Shown: positions 1-15,148 of the stretch, piece by piece
How positions within the stretch are numbered: the stretch's first letter is position 1
How the letters are laid out: every line of letters begins with the position of its first letter
Assembly: GCF_044704955.1 (NCBI RefSeq)
Contig: NC_091980.1
Span: forward strand, 128,092,001-128,156,000
Length of the DNA stretch: 64,000 nt
Direction: 5' to 3'
Source: Pristiophorus japonicus
Taxonomy: Eukaryota
Translations under genes and position numbers: made by a program
The notes under the pieces: generated by a model
Seen by the model: the letters and a program-made list of their open reading frames with translations, nothing else
What the model was told of the DNA's origin: nothing
Databases searched by the model: none

Positions 1-330
1 CCACACCCCCCCACCCCCCACACACACACCCCCCCTCCCCACCCCCAACCCCACACACACTCATCCCCCCCCACACACACACACACACACACACACCACA
101 CACACATACCCCCTCCCACCCCCACCCCCACACACAGACACACACCACCCTTCCCACACACACCCCCACCACTCCCACACATACACACACACACCACCCT
201 TCCCACACACACCCCCACCACTCCCACACATTCACACACACAGACACACACCACCCTTCCCACACACACCCCCACCACTCCCACACATACACACACACAG
301 ACACACACCACACACACACACTTGCACCCG
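1..330. repeat. (CA)/(CCA)-rich microsatellite with ~50-60 bp higher-order repeats
   Basis: Directly visible CA runs and a repeated 'cacaccacccttcccacacacacccccaccactcccacac' unit. Confidence 0.9.
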
Positions 331-942
331 CACCCCTCACTGTTAGATACAGAGAGAGAGAGACAATACAGAGAGAGACACTGACAGAGACACCTTACCT
401 TCACATAAAGGTAGGACTTCTATTTTTTATTGATTGATTACTTATTACTTTGGTCTTGGTGCTTTCGCTGCAGGGTTCCTTCTATTTTTTATTAATTAAT
501 TGCTCATTACTTCTTGTGCTTCATTTTGTGTTTGGTACCTTAAATGTACTGCTTTGTTTAGTGCTTAGCGCTTTAAATGTACTTTGCTTCTTTAATGTTG
601 TTGTGAAGGTGTTTATGGTGTTTAATGCTTCCTACCCGCCGTCTCTGGCTGTGCCTGCACTAAATTTAACTCGAGGTAAGGTTTTTCAGAACTTACAATA
701 GTGGACACTTACTCCATCCTAAGTTAGTTTGTAGTAACTTTTCGCTGTCGAAACTTGCAAAACTGGCCTGAGTGGCTGGACACACCCACTTTTGAAAAAA
801 AAGTACCTTATCTAAAGCCAACCTAAACTAACTCACTAGAACTGGAGCAAACTAATATCCGAGAATTGCAATTTCTAACATACTCCAAACTAAACTAGTT
901 GCTCCAAAAAACTAGGAGCAACTCCACCCGAAACTTGGGCCC
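331..942. mobile_element. Right part of a non-autonomous DNA transposon (Harbinger-like MITE); left boundary probably outside the window
   Basis: Ends in 'gaaacttgggccc', similar to the TIR of the MITE at 50977-51879; absent from the paralogous site near 36820. Confidence 0.5.
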
Positions 943-1795
943 TGAAAGTGAGTTCCCAGGTAGTTGAAGAGACCAATGTGGGAACTATAGTCTCTGTCAC
1001 AGGTAGGGCGGACAGTGGTTGAAGGAAAGTGGGGCTGGGGAGCCTGGGTTGACACACGCTCTTTCTGCTGTCTGTGCTTGGATTCTGCTTACTCTCAATG
1101 ATGAGACTCGAGGTGCTCAGCGCTTTCTTGGATGCTGTTCCTCCACTTTGGGTGGTCTTGGGCCAGGGACTCCCAGGTACCGGTGGGGATGTTGCACTTT
1201 ATTAAGAAGGTTTTGAAGGTGTCCTTGAAGCGTTTCCTCTGCCAACTGGAGCTTACCTGCCATGACGAAGCTCCGAGTAGAGCGCTTGCTTTGGGAGTCT
1301 CGTGTCAGGCATGCGGACGATGTGACCCGCCCAACGGAGCTGATCGAGCGTGGTCAGTGCTTAGATGCGGGGCGAAGTTGGCCTCAGCGAGAACACTAAC
1401 GTGGTGCGTCTTTGCTCCAAATGGATTTGCAGGATCTTGCAGAGGCAGTGCGAGTGGTACTTCTCCAGTGTTTTGAGCTGTTGCCATATAGGAGGTTGGT
1501 TATCACTATTGTCCTGCAGATCATAAGCTTGGTACCAGTTTTGAACATTCCGTTCCTCAGGTGATCGAAGGCTGCGCTGGTGCACTGGAGGCGGTGTTAG
1601 ACCTCATCATTGATGTCTGCCCTTGCTGACAGTAGGATATGGTAAATGGCCCATGTTGTCCAAGGCCGCGCCTTGGATTTTGATGACCCGGGACAGTGCT
1701 GCAGTCAGGTTGGTGGAAAGACCTTTGTCTTACAGATGTTTAGTGTAAGGCCTATGCTTTTGTACACCTCTGTGAGGGTGTTGACGCTGGCTTGG
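943..1795 (-). mobile_element. RTE-clade LINE 3' fragment, degenerate
   Basis: Decayed RT C-terminal coding sequence (TEVYKSIGLTLNICKTKV); paralogous to 36800-37710. Confidence 0.8.
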
Positions 1796-2958
1796 AGTTC
1801 AGCATTAACATTTGAATCCACACAAATGGGTGAAGCAAAGAAATGGAGATCCACTGGGACTTGGACAGGATGATTGCTATTTGGTATGAAATGCACAATG
1901 GGAGCAAATACAACTGGATACATTGGGTTGATGAATTTGTGTATTTGGCATTGGGGCTCAGGATGGGGCAAATGTTTTTCCAGAGCCGTGTTTAAAATTT
2001 TGGGCCTCTTTATTTGTGCATTTACTCCACCTTCCAGCAGGATTATATTTTGTTGGAGTGTAGTTGCACAGGTATTCCTTCAATACCTTATTTATGTGAG
2101 CATAGATTATATTGGCAAGTTATTCAATCGCAATGGGAGCAGGCAGAAGAGAATCTGTCCCAGAACCACCACACTTGGGTATCCATACTAACCAATGAAG
2201 CTATGACAGCAAACTAATGCCACCTGTTGCTTTCCTGCTTTACCCAATTACAGTCCCCAGGCTTAAATGCTCTCAGACATGACTGGTGTGTACAGCAGGT
2301 GTTACTCTACCTACAAAACTTAATGTCTACAGCAGCAATGGTGAATTTAGTTACTGAACTCCATGCAATAATAAGTCGACAAGATCTACAGCAAACACTG
2401 AATACAAACTGCTAATTCCAGGGCTTTCCCCCCACCAAAATGGTGAAACTCTGATTTACTGGAAAGTGCTGCTGGTGCTTAACACATTTCACAGCAACTT
2501 GAATTTTCATTTATGTAAGGGCCCAGAGCATGTTCACTCAATCTCTGACATTCCCTCAACCTATTTTAGACAATCCCTAAAACCTACTTCTAACCATGCT
2601 TTGTCCCTCAGTCAGTATCACATGAGGCTGTTAATGATCTGAACACACCCTTCTACATTTTAGATCTTGTGTCTAAATAGCAAACTCAATATACCGACAT
2701 ACATCAGAGGTAAATCAATTTGGATAAGACTGAATCCCATAACACTATCACAAAGGGTAGTGTAATTCTGGTTATGTTAATTGATAGATAAAGCAACCAC
2801 TCACATACAAGGAGACAAAACCAGTCCATTGTTGAATAGTTTATTTAGTTATGTTACATGTCACATCTTAGCTCATTGTACAAAGCAGAAGCCATCATTC
2901 CTGACAGGATGGGGGTCCTAATTATATAAATACAATAAGCTTGAACCCGTCAGTCAGT

Positions 2959-5107
<2,149 letters not shown>

Positions 5108-5184
5108 CAAGATTCTTTTTCACAAATCTAAACTTTGTGGAAACAACAAACTCCTGTAAAGATTCAACCAACTGCTTATGCCTG

Positions 5185-5350
5185 TATTTATACTGCTGGA
5201 TAATCCAGGGTGTGGCAGCCTGCAGGATGACTGACAGTCCTCAATAACCAATCAGAAGTTGCAGCCTCTCAGAGCACCAATCACGTAATGGGAGGAGGGG
5301 AGATGGACTCCCAGAGTCAGTCAGATCTTTGAAGAATGAGCATCATTGGC
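5185..5350 (-). promoter_or_regulatory. Ferritin copy 1 proximal promoter: TATA box and three CCAAT boxes
   Basis: TATAAATA on the minus strand at 5185-5192, ~80 nt upstream of the ATG; CCAAT at 5248 and 5277, ATTGG at 5345; the block is conserved upstream of all four copies. Confidence 0.7.
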
Positions 5351-5784
5351 TGACAACTCAATGAGGATCTCAATTGTCCAAACTTTCCTCAAACACAGTT
5401 CAAATATCCAGAATCACAGGTTAAAATGAATCCTCTATTATTTAGGCTAATCAATTGGGAAAAACTGAAAACATCAGTGCTCCCTTCCAAACATGACAAG
5501 TCAGTGTCTTTTTAATAGTTATGGATTGTTCAGTGGGTTGGTCATTTGCAAGTATCTGCGGGTTTGATGCAACATCCAAAATGATCGGTGAGTATGCAAA
5601 GCAACCAAAAGTGGGTCAGATGAATGCAAATTGCTTGTGATCAATGTGTCAAACACAAATACTCAGATACTCCATCACTTACAAGTTTAGCTCAAATGTG
5701 GAGAGGAACATGCGATGTTCAGTTCTTGTTTTTTATCATGACATTTTGGAAACAATGAAACAGACTGCAGTCCAAAAAGAAAGA

Positions 5785-6235
5785 CAAGCATTTACATAGC
5801 GCCTTTCACAACCTCAGGAAATCCCTGAGAATTTTACAGCCAATAAGGTACTTTTTGAAGTGCAGTCACTTTTGTAATGTAGGAAATGTGGCCGCCAATT
5901 TGCACATGGCAAAACTCCAGAAACAGCAAGGTGAACATGACCACATTATTTGTTTTCAGTGACATTGGTTGAGGACTAAAAATTGGCCAGGTCACAGGGG
6001 ATAACTCCCCTATTCTTCTTCAAAGTAGTGCTCTGAGATCTTTTATGTCCAACTCAGAGGGCAGTCAGCACCACGGTTGACCATCGCATCCTAAAGATGA
6101 CAACTGCGACAGTGCAGCACCCCCTCATTACTGCACTGTAGTGTCAGCCGAGATTCCGTGCTCACGTCTCTGTCGTGGGGACTTGAACCCACTACCTTCT
6201 GACTCAGAGGCGAGAGTGCTACCCATTGAGTTCAT
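5785..6235 (-). mobile_element. tRNA-derived SINE (SacSINE1/DeuSINE-like)
   Basis: Minus-strand head 'ctcaatgggtagcactctcgcctctgagtcagaaggtagtgggttcaagtccc' with A/B boxes; paralog at 53030-53482. Confidence 0.7.
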
Positions 6236-6559
6236 CTGACTGATCTCCGGAACTTAAAACTCTCAGTTACCCACTACGCCAATATCTATCTCAATCATCT
6301 GTGAAATCTCTACGTTATCAGCCTCCGGTATTCCCAGACTCAGCTCCTGTGTTAGAACACGTGTTAGAGCTGAACGCAGAGAGAGGCTGGGAAATATAAA
6401 ACAAGATTGAAACAAACAGCAGGAGCTTGAGCCAAGTGCTGCACAGCAAGGGGAAGGCAGGCTGAAGAGATGGAGAAAGCAGCCAGGTAACTATAGTAGG
6501 AACGACTGGAGATTTGGTCTCATTGCTTAGCGCTTCATCTGAGTTTGCAACATGCCCAA

Positions 6560-6965
6560 GTTTGGATGTTGTTGGCAAGGTCGATATTTATTGCCCATCC
6601 CGAGCGGCCCTGAGAAACCACTGGTGAGACTCCTTCTTGAACCATGTTCAGGTGCTCAATGGTTGAGAGACGACTTGCTCGGTCACTTCAGAGGGCAGGT
6701 AAGAATCAACCACATTACTGTACAAATAGAGTCACATATAAGCTGGACGAGGTAAGGGTGGCAGGTTTCCTTCCCTAAAAGGAAATTAGTGAGCCAATTG
6801 GATTTTTACAACAATCCTAAAAGTCCATGGTTACTGATATCAGTTTGTTTTAAATTTTAAACTGAATCCAAATGATGGTGGGATTTGAACTCACATTCCG
6901 TGTACTATTGGTCCAAGCCTCTGCATTACTAGACCAGTAGCATAACCACTGCACTATTGAACCCC
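6560..6965 (-). mobile_element. HE1-like SINE
   Basis: tRNA-like head near 6960 and a 3' tail shared with the HER1-like LINE end at 34520-34600. Confidence 0.65.
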
Positions 6966-7599
6966 TAACATACAGCTTGAAAAAAGGCTGAATCTCCTTT
7001 ATTCATTCTCTATGGAAATTGGCCTAGTTCACAGAGGCTGGTAGTTATGTCCAATGTATATATTAGCAGTTTACATTAAGATCCCCAACTATGTTACCAA
7101 TTTTTCCTTTCCATACGCAAATTTAGCGAGGCCTCATCCGATGTTCCTTGTGCTTTGGATCAATACCTGCTTCAGCGAACACTTTCCTGTGTTCGCAAAA
7201 TTGAAAGACTTTCAGCAGTAATTCTTGGATGTTGTCTATTCAGAAGGTGCAGACTCTGTACTGTAACAGCACGCCCTTGGCAAAGTGGTTCAAACATGAG
7301 GGACGAGTTCTTCCCGTGACGAGATTACACTAAAATCTCTTTCTCCAGTTCATCCAAATTTAAAACCAGTTAAAGGCTAAGATTAGACTTGTAGCTATGA
7401 CCATCTTAGGCCACCATTGAACCAAAGTCATTAGTCTGGAGGGGAAGAGATTAAAACAGCCACATGCCCAAGCAAATCAGGTTTGATCAAGATCACAACC
7501 AATTTCTCAGCAGAAGTAGTTCTTGTTCAATGCAAGGTCACACGACATTGATCTGAAAATGTGCTCAGTTACTTAAAAGAAGAAAAGGAACAAAAGCAA

Positions 7600-7816
7600 A
7601 ATATTGCAGGGGCTGGAAATCTGAAATAAAAACAGAAAATGCTGGAAATACACAATAGGTCAGGCAGCATCTATGGTGAGAGAAACAGAGTTAACGTTTC
7701 AGGTCAATGACCTTGCGTCAGAACTGGAAAAAGTTAGTGATGTAACTGATTTTAAGCAAGTGCAGGGCACGGAAAGTGTTGGGGGAGGGGAGGAAAGAAC
7801 AAAAGGGAACGTTTGT
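7600..7816 (-). mobile_element. Penelope-like element terminal segment carrying a hammerhead-ribozyme motif
   Basis: Continuous with 16070-17400 across the Gypsy insertion (empty site at 46560-46575); minus strand CTGACG(C)A-AGGTC-ATT-GACCT-GAAAC-GTTA at 7689-7725. Confidence 0.7.
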
Positions 7817-9650
7817 TGTTATGTATGTATGTAAACCTTACCAAAATGTAAGACTTGCCAGTAGAGGGCACACCTGTGGGAGACCTAAGGGGTCACCTGT
7901 GCACCCTGGGCCAAGCAGGTATTAAAAGGGATCCACTATGCTGCATCCTCACTCAGGAGTCTGAATAAAGAGGCCAAGGTGACAACACTTTAAGCTTGCG
8001 ATATAGTCCTATGGATTTATTCTGAACATAACAAATTAGCGACGAGTAACGGATCACGAACTTTCATATGGTAATGGCTGCCATTGGTATTCTTCAGTGA
8101 TTTGTTGAGGGTGGTGATTGGGAAGCCTTTGTTGAGGGCCTGGACCAGTACTTTGTGGCCAATGAATTGGACATGGCTGAAAAGAGATCAAATGCAGGGC
8201 GATTCTCCTCACCGTATGTGGGTCATCGATATATGGCCTCCTTAAAAATTTGCTGCCACCAGTCAAACTAACGGACAAATCTTACGCAGAGCTGTGTACG
8301 CTGGCTAATGAACATCTCAAGTGAAAGGAGAACATCCTGATGGCCAGGTACTGCTTTTAGATGCACCGTCGCTCTGAGGACCAGAACGTTGCGAGTTCTG
8401 TCACCGACCTAAGACACCTTGCGGGGCAGTGCAACTTGCAGGATCTTTGGGGGGAAATGTTGCGGGACTTTTTCATGCTTGGAATTGGCCATGAGGTCAT
8501 CCTTTGCAAACTGCTGTCTGCCGAATCCCTAGATCTGAGCAAGGCCATCACGATAGCCCAAGCCTTCATATCCACAAGCGATAACACGAAACAGATATCC
8601 TCATATAATTGAAGCTCACCGGCAAGCACCGTGCATAAAATAATGTTTTCAGCAGGCAGAACGGCACAGGGCAGGGTCCACACGATTGCAGAGGCCAGAC
8701 CAAGGCCTAGAGTGACTCAGAGTCCGCCGTGTGGCGTAAATGTGTATCCATTTGCACCATGTTGGCGCTGCGGGGGCAGCCAGACTGCTCATCAATGTCG
8801 ATTCAAATCCTATGTGTGCAAGGGCTATGGAACAATGGGGAACCTCCAGCAAATGTGCAAACGATCTCTGACACACCACGTGGCAGAGTCAGGAGAGGAT
8901 CCAGCGAGGATCATGATGAACAAGCAGGAGAGGCAACCTGAGGATGAAGAGGAAGTATATGGGATACACACCTTCACCACCAAAAGCCCTCCGATAATGT
9001 TAGAAGTTCATCTTAACGACACTCCGGTCTCAATGGAACTAGACACGGGGGCGAGTCAATCAGTTATGAGCCAGAAGGCATTCAAGAGGCTGTGGGGCGA
9101 CAAAGCACAGCGACCCAAGCTGATCCCGATTCAAGCAAAGCTGCACACCGACACCAAGGAACTGATACCAGTTATTGGTAGTGCAGACATAAGGGTATTC
9201 CATGAGGGAGCAGTGCATGATTTACCACTGTGGATTGTTTCAGGTGATGGGCCAACACTGCTTGGCAGGAGGTGGATGGGGAAGATTCGATGGAACTGGG
9301 AAGAGCTCTGCCTACCGTCTCCGGCGAATGGAGTCTCCCCTTCTCAAAGGCAGAGCAAACCCCCACCTTCAGCTGAACCAGGCATTGAAGTGCAGATCCA
9401 TTTGCAGATCCCCGAGGCACAGGCCGCTCCTCACAACCACGAGTAGGTAAAGTTCAACCGAGCAGCGGTATAGTCGTGGTACCCACCACCTGAAGCCGAC
9501 GACCTCTTCGCGATGATGGAAGAGGCTCCAGGTCGGCCATGCAGAGTGGGACTCCGGCCGAAACGATCCAAATGTGTCTTCCCGACGCCAGAGGCAAAAT
9601 ACCTGGGGAGGAAGATCACGGCAGTCGATATCACGGACACGGATGAAAAT

Positions 9651-9765
9651 GCATCCAGACCACTGGACAAGATTGCGTCCAGACCATGGGATGAGATCGC
9701 ATCCAGACCACGGGATGATAGAGCATCCAGACCACAGGACGAGAGAGTGTCCAGACCACGGGAGC
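9651..9765 (+). repeat. 24-bp tandem repeat, ~5 copies, inside G1
   Basis: gcatccagaccacNggatgaNaNN units encoding ASRPxDxx. Confidence 0.85.
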
Positions 9766-10614
9766 TCGCCACAACGGAATGGAAGAATGTGTCGCCCAGC
9801 AAGGAAGACGAATGGGTTTGGGGCAAAGGTAAAGGGGCGACCACTGTGAAGGCCAGGCACCCACTCTGCTCCAATAAATTGTGTGCACTATGTAACCCTT
9901 GTGAGCGGTCTTTCGTGGCCAATGATGTATCATTATATAGGGTTGGGGGTACCTTATAACAAGCCAAATTAGCCAACCGGTCATATATGTATCTGACAAA
10001 GTACTCATAACAAGTGATGAGTTAATGCACAGGGTCGGGTGTGTTGTACAGCAAGCCAAAGTAGTGGGCAAACCCCAACCAGTTGTACATGTATCCAACA
10101 AAGTATTCATAGCAAGTGAGATGTTACCGCACGAGGTCGGAAGTGTTGTGCAGCAAGCAAAAGTAGTGGGCGAGCCCCAAAACGATTGAACATGTATTCA
10201 ATAAGTTAAATAAAGCATCAGCCTGTATTCACGGGACTAAAGAGATGTAGCAAAGAGTGTCCCAATATGTGCTCGAGTCAGACAAGCTGCTCATCCCACA
10301 AGCTTGGGAAGCAGAGGCACCATTATCGATGCGTTGCTTCAAGAATGTCTAACTCTGTCTGTGCACTGTAACATGATCCGCCACGGGCCAGACACTGAGA
10401 GTGGCACTAATGCCCTCAGTTGGCTACCGTTGCCCACAACCGGGGTGGAACAGCACAGCCTGTAGACCCACTCATGGTCGTGGAAGTCCTCGAAAGCAAT
10501 GGGTCAACCGTAACGGCCCCCCAGCTTAGGATCTGGACATGCCAGGATCCCAGGTTACCAGTTGCCAAAGGTGAACTGCGAGACGGGATGTGGCAACCTA
10601 GCCATCGCAGAGAC

Positions 10615-13600
10615 TGTTATATAGGTACACTTGTATATGCTCTGTACAATCACTAGAGGGCTCATCCCCTGGAGTCCCAAGGGATCCCATAATCCCTTGG
10701 GAGCACAGGTATTTAAGGAGGCCACACAGGTTCAAGAGGCACTCTGGAGACCTGAAATAGAAGACTAAGGTTGCACTTTATTTTAAGCTCACAGTGTTCA
10801 GTCTGACACTTTTTCCAGACATAACAACTGGCGACGAGATACAGATAGCAAACCCAAAGATACAGAGAACAGTGGGCATCCTGGAGAAATTCTCGGAGGG
10901 ACATGATTGGGAAACTTATGTGTAGCGACTCGACCAATAATTTGTAGCCAACAAGCGAGATGGAGATGAGAACACTGCCAAACGAAGGGCGATCCTCCTC
11001 ACCGTCTGTGGGACACCAACATATGGCCTCATGAAAAATTTGCTTACTCCAGCGAAACACATGGAGAAATCATAAGATGATTTGTGCACACTGGTCTGAG
11101 AGCATTTGAACCCGAAGGAAAGCGTTCTAATGGCGAGGTACCGGTTCTACACCGACAAAAGGTCTGAAGGTCAGGAAGTGGCGAGTTATGCTGCCGAGCT
11201 AAGACGTCTTGCAGGACATTGTGAATTTGAAGGACATTTGGAACTCATGCTCAGAAAGTTTTTGGACTTGGCATTGGCCACGAAACCATACTTCGCAAAC
11301 TTTTGACTGTAGAGACCCCAACCTTGAGCAAGGCCATAGCGATAGCCCAGGCGTTAATTGCCACCAGTGACAATACCAAGCAAATCTCTCAGCACATGAG
11401 TGCTGCTACAAGTACTGTGAACAAAGTGATGCTGTTTTCATCGCAATGTACAGGGCATGTCACACATGCTTGCAGCTGCATGTCTGCCGATGTCTCCACC
11501 ATCAAGGGTGATGAATGCTAGGCCATTAACACCTTGTTGGCGCTGCGGGGGTGATCATCATTTCCATTCATGCCAATTCATAGGGTACGTTTTCATGGGC
11601 TGTGGAACAATGGGACATCTCCAACGTATGTGCAGGAGAGCTGCAAATCCTGTTAATCCTGCAAACCATCATGTTGTAGATGAGGACAGATCTATGGAGG
11701 ATCACGACGAACCAGAGCCTCAGACCGAGGAGACAGAGGTACACGGGGTGCACACATTCACTACAAAGTGTCCCCCGCAAATGCTGAATGTTGAACTAAA
11801 TGGACTCCCGGTGTCAATGGAGTTGGACCAAGGCGCGAGCCAGTCCAACATGGGCAAAAAGACTTTTGAAAGATTGTGGTGCAGCAAAGCCTCAAGGCCA
11901 GCCTTAATTCCAATTTGCACGAAACTAAGAACTGATTCCTGTAATCAGCAGAGCTACCGTAAAGGTCTCCTATGGTGGAGCGGTGCATAAGCTACCACTG
12001 TGGGTGGTAACGGGGCGATGGTCCCACGCTGCTCGGCAGGAGATGGCTGGGAAAGATACACTAGAACTGGGACAACGTCCGAGCGCTATTGCCCACTGAT
12101 GACACTTCGTGTGCCCAGATCTTAAACAAATTTCCTTCGCTGTTCGAACCAGGCATCGGGAAATTTCAAGGAGCATAAGTGCAGATCCACCTAATTTCGG
12201 GGGCGCAACCCATCCATCACAAGGCGAGTGCAGTACCGTACATGATGAAAGAAAGGGTAGAGATTGAGCTAGACCAGCTGCAAAGAGAGGGTGTCATTTC
12301 ACCAATCGAGTTCAACGAGTGGGTCAGTACTATTGTCCCAGCCCTCAAGAGAGACGGCACCGTCAGAATCTGTGGCGATTACAAAGTAACTATCAATCAT
12401 TTCTACTCGCAGGACTAATACCCACTATCAAAGGCCGACGACCTCTTTGCAATGCTGGCGGGGGGAAAGGTGTTCACAAAGCTGGATCTGACTTCAGCCT
12501 ACATGATGTAGGAACTGGAGGAATCATCTAAGGGCCTCACCTGCATCAGCACGCACAATAGTCTTTTTATTTATAACAATGCCCGTTTGGAATTCGATCA
12601 GCGGCGATATTCCAGAGAAACATGGAAAGCTTACTGAAGTCGGTCCTGCACATCATGGTCTTCCAGGACGACATCTTGGTCACAGGTCGGGACACAGTCG
12701 AGCATCTGCAGAACCTGTAGGAGGTTCTTAGTCAAATCAACCGCGTGGGCTCAGGTTAAAACACTAGAAGTGCATTTTCCTGGAGCCTGAATTGGAGTTC
12801 TTAGGAAGGAGGATTGCGGCGGATGGCATCAGGCCCAGCAACTCGAAGAAGGGGGCAATCGAGAAGGACCGAGGCCACAGAACATGATGGAGTTGCGGTC
12901 GTTTCTAGGACTCCTGAACTACTTTGGTAACTTATTTTCGGGTCTCAGCACACTGTTAGAACCAATGTATGTCTTACTGTGAAAAGGGGATTAATGGGCA
13001 AGTGGCAAAAGCCAAGAAAATGCCTTCGTAAAAACGAGAAAATGTTTATGCTCAAACAAATTGCTTGTGTTGTATATTCCATGTAAGCGTTTGGTAGTAG
13101 CATGTGATGCGTTGTCATATGGCATCGAGTGTGTATTGCAACAAGCTAATGCTTTTGGGAAACTGCAACTGGTTGCTTGCACATCCAGGAGTCTGTCTAA
13201 GGCTGAGAGAGCCTACAGCATGATTGAAAAAGAAGCATTAGCTTGTGTCTATGAGGTAAAGAAAATGCATCAATATCTGTTTGGGCTAAAATTCGAATTG
13301 GAAACTGACCACAAGCCACTCATATCCCTGTTTTCCGAGAGTAAGGGATAAATACGATTGCATCGGCCTGCGTCCAGCGATGGGCACTCACATTGTCCGC
13401 ATAAAACTACGCCATCCGCCACAGGCAAGGCAAAGACAAATGCGCTGATGCTCTCAGCAGACTGCCATTGCCCACCACGGGGATGGAAATGGCGCGGCCC
13501 GCAGATTTAGCCATGGTTATGGAAGCAGTTGAGAGTGAGCATTCACCCGTCACTGCCCGGCAGATCAAAACCTGCACGAGCCAGGACCCCCTATTGTTCC

Positions 13601-15148
13601 TCGTCAAAAACTGTGTGCTTCACGGGAACAGGTCCAGTGTCCCTGTAGAAATGCAGGAAGAAATAAAGCCGTTCCAGCGGTGCAAAGATGAAATGTCTAT
13701 ACAGGCAGACTGCCTTCTGTGGGGCGATCATGTAGTGGTACCTAAGAAGTGCAGAGACACCTTCATCAGTTACCTGCACAGTACCCACCCAAGCATTGTA
13801 ATGATGAAAGCGACAGCCAGATCCCACGTGTGGTGGGCCGGTATTGATGCGGACTTAGAGTTCTGCGTGCACAGATGTAATACATGGTCGCAGTTAAGCA
13901 AAGTACCTAGGTAGGTGCTGCTAAGTTTATGGTCTTGGCCCGCCAAACCGTGGTCTAGGGTACATATCGACTATGCAGACCCGTACTTGGCTAAAATGAT
14001 CCTTGTCGTTGTAGATGCGTACTCCAAATGGATTGAATGTGAGATAATGTCGGCTAGCACGTCCGCTGCCACTAATGAAAGCCCGCGGGCCATGTTTGCC
14101 ACACAGGGCCTACCCGATGTGCTGGTGAGCGACAACGGGCCATGTTTTACCAGTGCTGAGTTCAAAGAATTCATGACCCGCAAGGGATCAAACATGTCAC
14201 ATCTGTCGCGTTTAAACCAATATCCAATGATCAGGCAGAGAGAGCAGTGCAAACCATCAAGCAGGGCTTGAAGAGGGTAATGGAAGACTCACTGCAGACT
14301 CGCCTATCCCGAGTCCTGCTTAGCTACTGCCAGAGACCCCACTCGCTCACTGGGATCCCACCTGCTGAACTGCTCAAGAAAAGAGCACTTAAGACATGGC
14401 TCTCGTTAGTTCACCCTGATCTACATGAACAGGTAGAAAGCAGGCGGCTTCATCAAAGTGCAGACCATGATAGCGCAAATGTGTCATGCGAAATTGAATT
14501 CAATGGTCCTGTATTTGTATTAAATTATGGACAAGATCCCAAGTGGCTTCCCGACACTGTTGTGGCCAAAGAGGGGAGCAGGGTGTTTTGGGTCAAACTT
14601 TCAAATGGACTAATTCACCGGAAACACTTGGACCAAATAAAACTCAGATTCACGGACTACCCTGAGCAACCCACTTTTGACCCTACCTTCTTTGACCCCC
14701 CCAACATACACGCCAGTGGCAACCAGCACCACGGTTGACCACGAAGCAGAACCCATCATCCACAGCAGCCCAGCAGGACCGACCACATTAGGCAGCCCAG
14801 CAAGGCCAGCTGCATGGCAGACCAGCGAGGGCCCAACAATTGATTCTCTAATACCAGCTTTCACACCGAGACAATCAGCCAGGGCAAGAAGAGCCCCAGA
14901 TCGACTCACATTGTAAATAGTTACACTGTTGGTATTGGGGGAGAGTGTTGTTATATATGTATATTTGTATATGCTCTGTACAGCCACCAGAGGGCTCATT
15001 CCCTGGATCCCATAATCCCTTGGGAGCACAGGTATTTAGGAGGCCTCACAGGTTGGAGAGGCACTCTGGAGACCTGCAATAAAAAACTAAGTTCACACTT
15101 TACTTTAAGCTCACAGTGTTCAGTCTCACTCTTTCTCCAAACATAACA
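10615..15148 (+). mobile_element. Gypsy LTR retrotransposon G2, full-length but disrupted, nested in G1
   Basis: LTRs 10615-10826 and 14949-15148; PBS 'tggcgacgag'; TSD gagac/gagaa; gag, PR, RT (FQDD), RNase H (ACDA..YG, TDHKPL) and integrase (SDNGPCF) with stops and frameshifts. Confidence 0.93.

Noticed and set aside
450-701. Hydrophobic 83-aa ORF
   Set aside because: T-rich low-complexity interior of a non-autonomous transposon
6318-6578. Hydrophobic 86-aa ORF with an 88-aa paralog at 53562-53828
   Set aside because: The start lies at or in a SINE end, there is no recognisable domain, and the similarity is explained by the segmental duplication
9651-9765. Regular repeats resembling a CRISPR array
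   Set aside because: Contiguous 24-bp units without unique spacers, inside a eukaryotic retrotransposon
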